From an uncultured Eubacteriales bacterium (GTDB lineage Bacteria > Bacillota > Clostridia > Oscillospirales > CAG-272): 64,000 nt of DNA. The notes below the pieces were generated by a model. That model was not told where the DNA came from and made no database searches. It was given only the letters and a program-made list of their open reading frames with translations. Positions 36,111 through 45,143 of this stretch are shown here, in pieces; the first letter of the stretch is position 1; every line of letters begins with the position of its first letter. Made by a program: the position numbers and the translations under genes. Location: the NCBI GenBank assembly GCA_900546695.1, contig URDX01000007.1, forward strand, positions 331-64,330, given 5' to 3'.

Positions 36111-37703
36111 TCAATTTTTGGACTCAATCAGCACACGTTTATCTGCGCACTCCGTAAGCGACGGCCGATGTGTTATAAACAAAATCGTTTTGTCGCTGTC
36201 TTTAATATACCTCTCGACCGTTTTTATCGCCCTGGCATCCAGATTATTTTCCGGTTCATCCAGAAAAACAACGGGCGAATCCTTAACAATTGCACGGATA
36301 AGTGATATCTTTTGTTTTTCGCCGCCCGACAGCTCATTACCGCCGCAGGTGACCGCCCTATCATAGAGATAAGATATTTCAAATCTGTCGAGCAGCATTT
36401 TCACGGTCGAATCATCTATTGAGGGATTTGCGATTTTAATATTATCAGGAACGCTGCCGCTGAACAGATACGGATCCTGCGGAGCATAGGCAACCATCGC
36501 ACGCAGATCCGTGATGCTGAGATCCGACATACTTTTGCCGCTCAAGCTTATACTTCCCTTATAATTATCAATAAACCCCAGCAAGATTTTTAAAAGCGTA
36601 GACTTTCCGCTTCCGTTGTCGCCGCATATTGCGACCTTATCTCCTGCGTTCACGAGAAAAGACAGGGATTTTATCACCTGCTTATCCCCATAAGAAAAGC
36701 TCAGCTGCGAAACGGAAAGGTCGTTAAACTCACCGATATGCTCGCCGCCCGTGCTTTCCTCATCGTTATAAAAGAATTCGAGCCTTTCCGCGATATTGTC
36801 TATGATTGGGATCTCACGAACGATCTCGTTTATTCTTCCGATAATGGAATTAAGCACGGAATAATATCCCATCATCGCGGTAATTGCACCCAAAGAAATA
36901 TCGCCCCTCGCCGCAAGATATGTACCTACGAACAGAACAACGAGCAGACAGCCGTTATCCACAAATGAGTTTACGAATTTAGAGCCGAGGGAAAGACGCA
37001 TGCTCTTTTTCTGCGTGTTTTGAAAAAACGAGCGATAGAGCTTATCAAGGAGCCCGAGATACTTATCCCCCACCCCCATAAAAACTACATTGCACGGTCT
37101 TTCGCATATCTCCGTCTCATAGGAATGAACTCTCGATGTATACTCTCTATCCTCCTTGTGATATTTTCGCACATACTTATTGGTCAGTATGGGAACAACA
37201 AATTTCACCAGCGAGACCGACACCGTTATAACGGTATAGCTAATGCTTATGCGAGTGACGTTTATCAAAAGATAGATCAGCGTAGACGGTATGGCAAGTC
37301 CCATGGATATAACATTATTAAGCTCCTGCCACAGATCATTCGGATCCTCATCGAGCCTCACAAGCATATCACCCGCATCTATTTTTGAAGCGGATACAAA
37401 ATTCTTGCCGAGAAATTTGGATAATACCGTTCTGTCATGCGCCAGAGAATTCCTGACGAGAATTATGTCCTCGACATAATAGACGGCGGGTATGACCAAA
37501 ACCGTTATAACAAGAGCCCGCGCTAATGAAAGGACATTTTCAAGCCCGGCGGGAATATCGAGCGAAAAGACGGCATCGGTGAATTTTCCGAACACCCCCG
37601 AAGAAAACACGGACAAAACTCCGCTCAAGCTCGTTATTATCGTGTCAAGTAAAATCGGAAACCACACAAATTTAAAGACATCTCTGTATATTTTACTTTT
37701 CAC
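36111..37703 (-). CDS. ABC exporter subunit, CydC/CydD-like (530 aa)
   Basis: TMD plus an NBD with GDNGSGKST, LSGGEKQK and VVFLDEPENNLD. Overlaps the upstream ABC gene by 11 nt. Confidence 0.85.
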   Translation of the reverse strand: MKSKIYRDVFKFVWFPILLDTIITSLSGVLSVFSSGVFGKFTDAVFSLDIPAGLENVLSLARALVITVLVIPAVYYVEDIILVRNSLAHDRTVLSKFLGKNFVSASKIDAGDMLVRLDEDPNDLWQELNNVISMGLAIPSTLIYLLINVTRISISYTVITVSVSLVKFVVPILTNKYVRKYHKEDREYTSRVHSYETEICERPCNVVFMGVGDKYLGLLDKLYRSFFQNTQKKSMRLSLGSKFVNSFVDNGCLLVVLFVGTYLAARGDISLGAITAMMGYYSVLNSIIGRINEIVREIPIIDNIAERLEFFYNDEESTGGEHIGEFNDLSVSQLSFSYGDKQVIKSLSFLVNAGDKVAICGDNGSGKSTLLKILLGFIDNYKGSISLSGKSMSDLSITDLRAMVAYAPQDPYLFSGSVPDNIKIANPSIDDSTVKMLLDRFEISYLYDRAVTCGGNELSGGEKQKISLIRAIVKDSPVVFLDEPENNLDARAIKTVERYIKDSDKTILFITHRPSLTECADKRVLIESKN

Positions 37704-39282
37704 GTATGACCCGTCCTTCCCCTACCTCATAAACCGTTTTCGCAAGATCCGTCAAACTTTCCTCGTGAGTTATGATGATCGTTCCGCGTGTGCGCTCAGA
37801 GAGCAGCCTGCGAAGGATATCACAGCCGTTTTTATCAAGAGAATTTGTCGGCTCATCCAGAATCATCAGTTGTGGGTCGCATGCAAACGCCAGTGAAAGA
37901 AATACCTTCTTTCTCTCTCCGCCCGACAGACTCCCTATCGTCTGTGACAATATACCCTCGCCGATATTAAACATACCTAAAACAGCGAACGCCGTCTCTG
38001 ATGCAGCCTCATCGAGAACCATGCCAAACAGCTCCCCGGGTGTCAGATTATACGGCGGATCTTCCTGCGTCAGATAGAATATCTTGTGCGGAAAGTTGTC
38101 GTAACCGATATCCTTCGGCGCTACTCCGCCGACGCATATATCTCCCCCATCGCAGTTGACTATCCCCAGCAGCAGCCTTACTATTGTGGATTTTCCCGCG
38201 CCGTTCACGCCCCTGAAAACCGTAATGCCATCCGAGTCAATGCTAAGATCCGCTTCATTCAATATCTGCTTATCGCCTAAAGTACAAGAAACCTTCTTAA
38301 ACCGTACGTCTGTATTATCCGACAGCAGGTCGTTCTTTTTGCTTTCCGCGCCGAATCGCGACATTCTTTTCTCTGCAACACGGACAAGCTCAAATTCGGG
38401 AATCAGACCGAACATCGAGCTTACAGATGAATACAGACTTCCCGACAAAGCGATAGCCTGTATCCCGGCTTCGACGGTAATGTGCTTCGTAATAACAAAC
38501 AGCCCGACAATGGCATATGTACCGTATGTCAAGGCATTTGAAACAACGCCCGATATGGCAGTCTCCGTGCGATATGTCGCCTGAAGCCTATCGGCGATCT
38601 TTCGCATTTTGCGATGCAGAAGCTTCATCCGCCCCATAGACCATGCGGTAAGATCAAATAATTTTATCGTTGCAAAGCCGTTGTAACACTCCAATGCGCA
38701 GTTTGAAATCTGACCTTCCGTCTCCTTGCAGCTCGTATCCAGCTTCCCGCAAAAGAACCTGATATACAGCGGCGGAATGATCTGAATAACCGAAACGCCC
38801 AGCATTATGCCCGCAAGTATCGGAAATTGAATACACAAATATGTCAGATAAGCCACTATCGTGACAACGGTGGAAATAAGAGAAGGGTACAGATCTACGT
38901 ACTTAGATGTGACCTTCCCGAAATCGCTGTTTAATACTACCCCGGCTTCGCCTGCCGTAGAACGATACAAAAAATCAAGCGGAGATGATAAGTACCGTTT
39001 GTATAAAAGCATCTTGCATGTATGAAGAGAATTTGAGACCTTTTTTTGATACAGATAACCCGTAACAAGGTCAAATATATTAAACACCAAAAGAATCGCT
39101 AAAATCGTCAGGCTGTTGTTTATAACCTCGCGATAATCACCGCGTGTGGCGGAATCCACCACATCAGCCATCAATCTTGCATTTACTATCCCGATCGGCA
39201 CTGACACAAGCTTTAATAATGTCGATGCAACGCTCACGGGCTTTAAAACAGAGAAAAATATATCTTTTGTTCTTTCCATCAA
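37693..39282 (-). CDS. ABC exporter subunit, CydC/CydD-like (529 aa)
   Basis: TMD plus an NBD with GVNGAGKST, LSGGERKK and LMILDEPTNSLD. Confidence 0.85.
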   Translation of the reverse strand: MMERTKDIFFSVLKPVSVASTLLKLVSVPIGIVNARLMADVVDSATRGDYREVINNSLTILAILLVFNIFDLVTGYLYQKKVSNSLHTCKMLLYKRYLSSPLDFLYRSTAGEAGVVLNSDFGKVTSKYVDLYPSLISTVVTIVAYLTYLCIQFPILAGIMLGVSVIQIIPPLYIRFFCGKLDTSCKETEGQISNCALECYNGFATIKLFDLTAWSMGRMKLLHRKMRKIADRLQATYRTETAISGVVSNALTYGTYAIVGLFVITKHITVEAGIQAIALSGSLYSSVSSMFGLIPEFELVRVAEKRMSRFGAESKKNDLLSDNTDVRFKKVSCTLGDKQILNEADLSIDSDGITVFRGVNGAGKSTIVRLLLGIVNCDGGDICVGGVAPKDIGYDNFPHKIFYLTQEDPPYNLTPGELFGMVLDEAASETAFAVLGMFNIGEGILSQTIGSLSGGERKKVFLSLAFACDPQLMILDEPTNSLDKNGCDILRRLLSERTRGTIIITHEESLTDLAKTVYEVGEGRVIREK

Positions 39283-39306
39283 AACCGCCTTTGAAATATG
39301 GATATC

Positions 39307-39388
39307 TCGCTGCAGCTCGGGTCTGCATTGCTGCGAAAGATACGAAGATGTGAAGGATATGAAGGATATGAAAGAAAAGACAGACCCT
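39307..39388 (-). repeat. conserved spacer, copy 2 (see 30111-30184)
   Basis: Near-identical to 30111-30184, with a 9-nt internal duplication. Confidence 0.6.
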
Positions 39389-39481
39389 AAAGCCCACCTC
39401 TTTATTCGGATAGCAAGTCTCCGTGCAACCCCAGTTATTTTTTTATATCGCCATGTATTTGCCTAAGGTACATTTCACGTC

Positions 39482-39608
39482 TCAGAATACATCTTTCTTA
39501 GCTTCCCTTTCACATGCATATTTTTTGTACAGCACCTCGCTTACTTCCGCTTCCCGTGCAAAATCTCTCGTACAACTTTTCATTTTTCTCCTTCGTATGC
39601 TTATCCAT
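39482..39608 (-). pseudogene. frameshifted single-repeat homolog of the acidic repeat protein
   Basis: The same SD and start context as 30696 (aggaggtactgttATGga). It reads MDKHTKEKNEKLYER and then, after a T-run (atttt), the homologous frame DFAREAEVSEVLYKKYACEREAKKDVF* is +1. The in-frame product is only 32 aa (39510..39608). Confidence 0.5.
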
Positions 39609-39821
39609 AACAGTACCTCCTACTTTTGCAGACCGATACACGGCTCGGTATTTTTTATACGTTTTCGGCAATGTTCTGTCGCGAAATGAGCAAATGTCAC
39701 TTCGCAACGGTTACGAATCGACGCAATTATCAGGCTATAACTTTCCTCACGATTCACACTTGCGCTCTGCCACAGATGACTTGGAAGGGTATCAAATCCC
39801 CGTATTCATTTCGTTTGATTT

Positions 39822-40054
39822 ATTATAACACAATTTCAGTTTTTGTGCTGATTTTGGCGTGAAACGTATCAATTTTGTCCTGAAATGCACCTTTTTGTAA
39901 ATCGCAGGAAATCGCGTGTTTTTTTTACGGGATTTTCACACCATTTTATAGGAATCTTTGCGTAGCTGCGAGAGGAGAATTCCGTCTTTAAATTCCCCTC
40001 CCCGCTGCGAAAAGCGCCCGCGCAAAAAAGCCAGCCTCTGCAGCCTGCCTTTTC
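39822..40054 (-). repeat. ~235-bp cassette-junction module, copy 3
   Basis: The hairpin lies at 40024-40053. The extended -10 TGtTATAAT (39827-39822 on the minus strand) points at the frameshifted repeat-protein gene and the RiPP-like operon. Confidence 0.7.
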
Positions 40055-40151
40055 AGAACGCCTTCAACAGCGGTATTATTTTTCCTCGTCGGCGTTATAC
40101 TCCCCCGTCGCTGTTATGCTTCCGCATCGCCGTTATACTTTCACGTCGCCG

Positions 40152-40754
40152 TTATACTTCCTCGTCGTACAATCTTTTCTTTATCTCAAACAGTCTCTTA
40201 TACTCGCCGTCGGCTTCCATCAATTCCTTATGGGAGCCCTCTTCGCAGATAACTCCATCCTTCAAGTGAATGATTTTATCGGTCGTGACAGCGCATGAAA
40301 GGTTATGCGACACGATAATACAGGTTCTTGTTTTACTTATATCGCGTATCCCGCGAACGACCTGTTCTTCCGTTTCCGTATCAATAGCGCTTGTCGGCTC
40401 ATCAAGGATTATCACACCCGAATCCTTGATGATGGATCTGTAGAGCTTTATTCGCTGCTTCTCCCCTCCCGACGGTTCTACGCCGTTTGGATACAGATAT
40501 GTCAGCAATACGGTATCTAAATGATTGGGATATTTATTTACAATGCTGTCAAACCACTCATAATCTCCCGCCTTATACTTAGCTTGCAGCCCTTCATCTC
40601 CGAAAAACACATTCTCTCTGAGCGTTATCGGCAGGAGATTGCAATCCTGAAACATACTTCTATCATGTGCCATAACAAAAGCAAAGCATTTATCGCTGAT
40701 TATCTTGACGGGTATCATCGGCTTCGTATTTGCGCGCTTGGCAAATTCGGCCAT
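40152..40754 (-). pseudogene. 5'-truncated ABC exporter gene (C-terminal part of the NBD only)
   Basis: The 200-aa ORF has the signature PSGGEKQR, Walker B VIILDEPTSAIDTETE and the H-loop IIVSHN. It lacks Walker A and the whole TMD. Confidence 0.7.
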
Positions 40755-41027
40755 TATTATTCAAGAGTTTACTTTCTGCTAAGACTATAGCATATTTTCG
40801 CTTTTTGGTCAATATAAACGTATTAATTCGCACTAAAAAATATGCGTATTCGCGCTTTTTTGTCGAAAACAGGTATTTTTTGTAACCGTAATTGATGGCG
40901 CGTGTTCTATACATGATCAACAATATTTTAAATAACTTCAACAATTTTTATCAAGCAACACCAGGTTATTTACACCACATAATATTATACCTCAACTCTC
41001 TCCGCAAGCGTTATTATTACATAATCA

Positions 41028-41056
41028 TTGACGAAATGCGGAAAATGTGTTATCCT
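41028..41056 (+). promoter_or_regulatory. putative promoter of the plus-strand ABC exporter pair
   Basis: TTGACG (41028-41033), a 17-nt spacer, then TGtTATCCT (41048-41056). Confidence 0.45.
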
Positions 41057-41110
41057 TATACATGAAAAATCCACGATTCGATAATTTCTCCGAAAAAACA
41101 GAAGGTACAC

Positions 41111-42934
41111 ATGAAGAAGAAAAAAGAAGAAAGAGAATTAAAGCGCGGGCGGATATTTGCGAACAACATTTTCGCCTTAAAGCTGCTTTGGAAGGCATGT
41201 CCCGCGAAGATGGTATTCACCGTCGTGACCACCCTTACCGGCATTGCTCTCGGGCTTGCGTCGCTGTATATAATCCGCTATGCGACGAACACCGCAGATG
41301 CAAACGGTGAGTATCTCAGTGTGCTTGCATGGCTGCTTGTGCTTGTCGGCGCGTATCTGGCAGACAGCCTTTTCGGTCAGCTTGCGGGCATATATATTAC
41401 GCCGCAGTTCGATGAGCAGGTAAACAAGCGGCTCAAACGAAAAATTCTCGAGAAAGCAGCCGAATGCGATCTCGAATGCTACGAAAACCCCGAGTTTTAC
41501 GAAAAGTACACCTGTGCGATGATAGAGGGTCCGGGGCGGTGCGACGCCGTTTTCGGCTCGGTTATCGGGCTGATACGGGATATCATCGAGTTTTTCGGCG
41601 CGGGACTGATAGTTATTCTCGCCGACCCGATCATGCTGATATTTGTGGTCATACCGTTCGTTTTCGGCTTTCTCAAGGCGGGCGGACAAAAGACGGGCTT
41701 CAAGCTGCACAACGAAAAAATGAAGGTCGAGCGCCGCAAGGCTTATCCCGTCCGCATCTTTTATCAGAGTGCATATGCAAAGGAGCTGCGCACCACCGAT
41801 ATTTCCAAGCCGATTATAGCGCGGTACAGAGAGGCAATCTCCGATTCCGTAAAGATATATCACAAATACGGCACAAAGCTCGCACTCTACTATGCGTTTG
41901 TCGATATCGTTGACATGTTTCTCGGCGATTACGGAATCTACATTTATATAGCATGGCGGGTGCTTGTATCAAAAACGATGCCGCTCGGCGACTGCTTTGT
42001 CAGCGTCATAGCGATAAATACCGTTCTCGGCTCGGTCTATTCCCTTCTCGATTCGTCGATGATCTTCTACGAGCATGCGCTGCATGTGGAAAACATGCGT
42101 TTCCTGCTCGACTACAAGCCGAAGATAGCCGTAAACAAGGACGCACCCGCGGCGCACGCAGGGGATATCGTGCTCGACCATGTATCGTTTTCCTATTTCG
42201 GCTCGGAGGAAAAAGCGCTCGACGATGTCTCACTGACGATACACAAGGGCGAAAAGCTCGCTGTCGTCGGGCAAAACGGCGCGGGAAAAACGACCCTGAC
42301 AAAGCTGCTGCTGCGTCTGTACGACCCGACGGCGGGCTCGATATCATTGGACGGCAAGGATATACGCGATGTCGAGCTGACGTCATATCGCGACCTTTTT
42401 GCGACCGTATTGCAGGACTACCGCCATTTCTCGATGTCGGTAAAAAGCAATATTCTGCTCCGACGCGAGCAGGACGGAGATGATGCCGTCGTCGCGGACG
42501 CACTGCGCAAAAGCACGGCGGATTCGTTCGTTGATGCCTTTCCGAACGGCGCGGATTCGATTCTCGACCGCGAGTTTGACGACAACGGAGAGGTCCTTTC
42601 GGGCGGGCAGGCGCAGATGATTTCCATCGCCCATGTCCATGCGAAGGGCAGCCCGATCGTCATCCTCGACGAGCCGTCGTCCGCGCTCGACCCCATCGCG
42701 GAGCAAAAGATGTATGAAAATATGATGGCATCCGCGGAGGGAAAAACGGTAATCTTTATCTCTCACAGAATGTCTGCGTGCACCCTCGCCGACAGGATAG
42801 TCGTGCTCGATCACGGAAGGGTGCTCGAGTGCGGCAGCCACGCCGAGCTGATGAAAAAGAACGGAAGATACTCGGAGCTGTTCCGCATGCAGTCGGAGCA
42901 CTATATCGAAGGCGAAGCGGAGGAGGCGTGCTGA
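41111..42934 (+). CDS. ABC exporter, fused permease/ATPase (607 aa)
   Basis: TMD plus an NBD with GQNGAGKTT, LSGGQAQM and IVILDEPSSALD. Confidence 0.9.
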   Translation: MKKKKEERELKRGRIFANNIFALKLLWKACPAKMVFTVVTTLTGIALGLASLYIIRYATNTADANGEYLSVLAWLLVLVGAYLADSLFGQLAGIYITPQFDEQVNKRLKRKILEKAAECDLECYENPEFYEKYTCAMIEGPGRCDAVFGSVIGLIRDIIEFFGAGLIVILADPIMLIFVVIPFVFGFLKAGGQKTGFKLHNEKMKVERRKAYPVRIFYQSAYAKELRTTDISKPIIARYREAISDSVKIYHKYGTKLALYYAFVDIVDMFLGDYGIYIYIAWRVLVSKTMPLGDCFVSVIAINTVLGSVYSLLDSSMIFYEHALHVENMRFLLDYKPKIAVNKDAPAAHAGDIVLDHVSFSYFGSEEKALDDVSLTIHKGEKLAVVGQNGAGKTTLTKLLLRLYDPTAGSISLDGKDIRDVELTSYRDLFATVLQDYRHFSMSVKSNILLRREQDGDDAVVADALRKSTADSFVDAFPNGADSILDREFDDNGEVLSGGQAQMISIAHVHAKGSPIVILDEPSSALDPIAEQKMYENMMASAEGKTVIFISHRMSACTLADRIVVLDHGRVLECGSHAELMKKNGRYSELFRMQSEHYIEGEAEEAC

Positions 42935-42935
42935 A

Positions 42936-44729
42936 ATGAAAAAGAAAACATCGCTTAAAAGCACCCTTTCCGGCAACCTGTTTCTGCTGAAATATATATG
43001 GAAATTTGCGCCCTCATACCTCTTCTGGGAGGTGCTGAATGCGCTAATTCAGGGCGCTTATATCTCCATCATTAAGGTCTACCGTAAGCTGTACTACGAC
43101 TCGCTTTCCGACGGGCGGCAGTTTATATACGTGCTCGGCATGTGCCTCACCGTGTTTGCGGTATTTGTATTCGTTGAAATATTCACCGGCTATTACATGC
43201 AGGTCCTGAGAGAAAGCAAAAAGCAGAAACTGAAGCTCGGAATGACCGTCGATCTGTTCCGCGCGGCGCAAAGGGTCGACCTCGCCTGCTACGATGATAC
43301 CGAGTTCTACAACGACTTTATATGGTCGATGAGCAACGGCGACGGTCGCGCGACCGCCATGGTCGATTCGCTGATGAAAACGCTCAACCGCTCGATAGTT
43401 CTTATCACCTCGGCGGCGATAATGGCGACGATAAACCCGTGGATATCATTGATAGCGGCGCTCGTCGCCGTCGTGTCGGTCATCCTGAACAGAAATACGA
43501 TGCTGCTGTCGGTCAGACGCAACGTCGCATTGAATCCGCTCACCAGAAAAAGCTCCTACTATGAGCGCATCTTTTCACAGCCCGATATGGCAAAAGAGGT
43601 CAGGATAAGCCATATCTCGGACGTTGTTCTCGACGATTACGAAAGCAATATCGGCGAGATACGCAAAACGGAGCAGAAGTTCAATCGTGAGGGCGTAAAA
43701 TACAGCCTCCCGGGTGCGCTCATAGAGCGTCTGATGGAGCCAGTAGTGTACATTATCGTGCTCTACCTCATCATGGTGAAAAAGACCGCGTCGATAGGCG
43801 ACCTCGCCATCGTCGTGACGACGTTCAAATCCATAAAATCCTGTCTATCCGACCTGCTCCAATCGCTCACCTCGTTTGAGGAGCATGCACTGTTTACCGA
43901 AAAGGTCAGAACATTGCTCGAATATAAGCCCAAGCTGAAAAGCGGCGAGCTGCCCGTGCCTGAGTTTGAAAGCCTCGAGCTGAAAAACGTCTGCTTCTCG
44001 TATCCGAACGGCGAAGAGGTGCTGCACGACGTCAGCCTGTCGGTGCGGCGCGGCGAACGGATAGCATTTGTCGGCTATAACGGCGCGGGAAAATCAACGC
44101 TCGTCAAGCTGATACTGCACTTTTATGAGCCGACATCGGGCGTAATACTGCTGAACGGAACCGATATCCGCGAGTATGATGCGGAAGCATACCGCCGCAG
44201 CATCGGCTCGGTCTTTCAGGATTTTCAGATCTACGCCCTCTCCCTGTCCGAAAATGTTCTGTGCGATGAGGTCAGCCCGTCGGATTCGGATGCCGTTTCC
44301 GATGCCCTGAGAGCCGCATCGTTCGGCGAAAAGCTCGCGCAGCTGCCCGAAGGGCTGAATACCGAGCTGACACGCGAATTTTCGGACGACGGAACAAACC
44401 TGTCGGGCGGAGAAGCGCAGAAGGTCGCCATCTCGCGAATATTTGCGCGCCCCTACCGGCTCATTCTCATGGATGAGCCCTCCGCATCGCTCGACCCCGA
44501 AGCGGAAAACGAGATAAACGGAAATATCAGCCGCCTCGGCACGGATAAAACCGTCGTGTGCATCTCGCACCGCCTCTCCACCACACGCTATTCCGACCGC
44601 ATCTACGTCTTTGACGGCGGTCGCCTCGCGGAGGAGGGTACGCATCAGCAGCTGATGTCGCTCGGCAGAAGGTACGCGGAAATGTTTGAAGCACAGGCGA
44701 AGAAATATACCGCCGCCGAAACAGGCTGA
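42936..44729 (+). CDS. ABC exporter, fused permease/ATPase (597 aa), likely heterodimer partner of 41111..42934
   Basis: Starts 2 nt after the upstream stop. The NBD has GYNGAGKST, LSGGEAQK and LILMDEPSASLD. Confidence 0.9.
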   Translation: MKKKTSLKSTLSGNLFLLKYIWKFAPSYLFWEVLNALIQGAYISIIKVYRKLYYDSLSDGRQFIYVLGMCLTVFAVFVFVEIFTGYYMQVLRESKKQKLKLGMTVDLFRAAQRVDLACYDDTEFYNDFIWSMSNGDGRATAMVDSLMKTLNRSIVLITSAAIMATINPWISLIAALVAVVSVILNRNTMLLSVRRNVALNPLTRKSSYYERIFSQPDMAKEVRISHISDVVLDDYESNIGEIRKTEQKFNREGVKYSLPGALIERLMEPVVYIIVLYLIMVKKTASIGDLAIVVTTFKSIKSCLSDLLQSLTSFEEHALFTEKVRTLLEYKPKLKSGELPVPEFESLELKNVCFSYPNGEEVLHDVSLSVRRGERIAFVGYNGAGKSTLVKLILHFYEPTSGVILLNGTDIREYDAEAYRRSIGSVFQDFQIYALSLSENVLCDEVSPSDSDAVSDALRAASFGEKLAQLPEGLNTELTREFSDDGTNLSGGEAQKVAISRIFARPYRLILMDEPSASLDPEAENEINGNISRLGTDKTVVCISHRLSTTRYSDRIYVFDGGRLAEEGTHQQLMSLGRRYAEMFEAQAKKYTAAETG

Positions 44730-44740
44730 CTCGCCCGCAC

Positions 44741-44921
44741 CGCGCGGTTGAATGAAATACCCTCGTTCCGCCGCGCTGCGCGGTTGAATGAAAACGTCCT
44801 CGTTTCCCCGTGCCGGCGGTTGAGTGAAAACACTCACTCCGCCGCGCCACGTGGTTGAATGAAACCGCCCTCGCTTCTCCGCGCCATGCGGTTAAAGCAC
44901 TCTCGCTCAGCCGCGCAGCAC
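44741..44921. repeat. degenerate ~37-nt tandem repeat (5 units) in a convergent intergenic region
   Basis: Units begin at 44741, 44779, 44817, 44852 and 44889. The core is (G)CGGTTGAATGAAA..CCTCG..CCGCCGCGC. Confidence 0.6.
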
Positions 44922-45143
44922 TCTGTTTGCCCCCACAACTGCGAAAATGTCTCCTTGATACGAATGTAATTCGAGCGAAAAAAACAAAATGACACGACAA
45001 AAACGGCACGGTTTTTCCGTGCCGTTTTTTCGGGTTACTGCATATGCCTATATTTTATCTGCATATATTTCGGGAAAAATATATGCAGATAACGGGCAAT
45101 TTTTTTGCTTATCTGTGCATCAAAGGGGTAAAATGATTTCCGT

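Noticed and set aside
44741-44921. Possible CRISPR array
   Set aside because: The units are degenerate rather than identical. They abut each other with no unique spacers, and there are no cas genes or leader.
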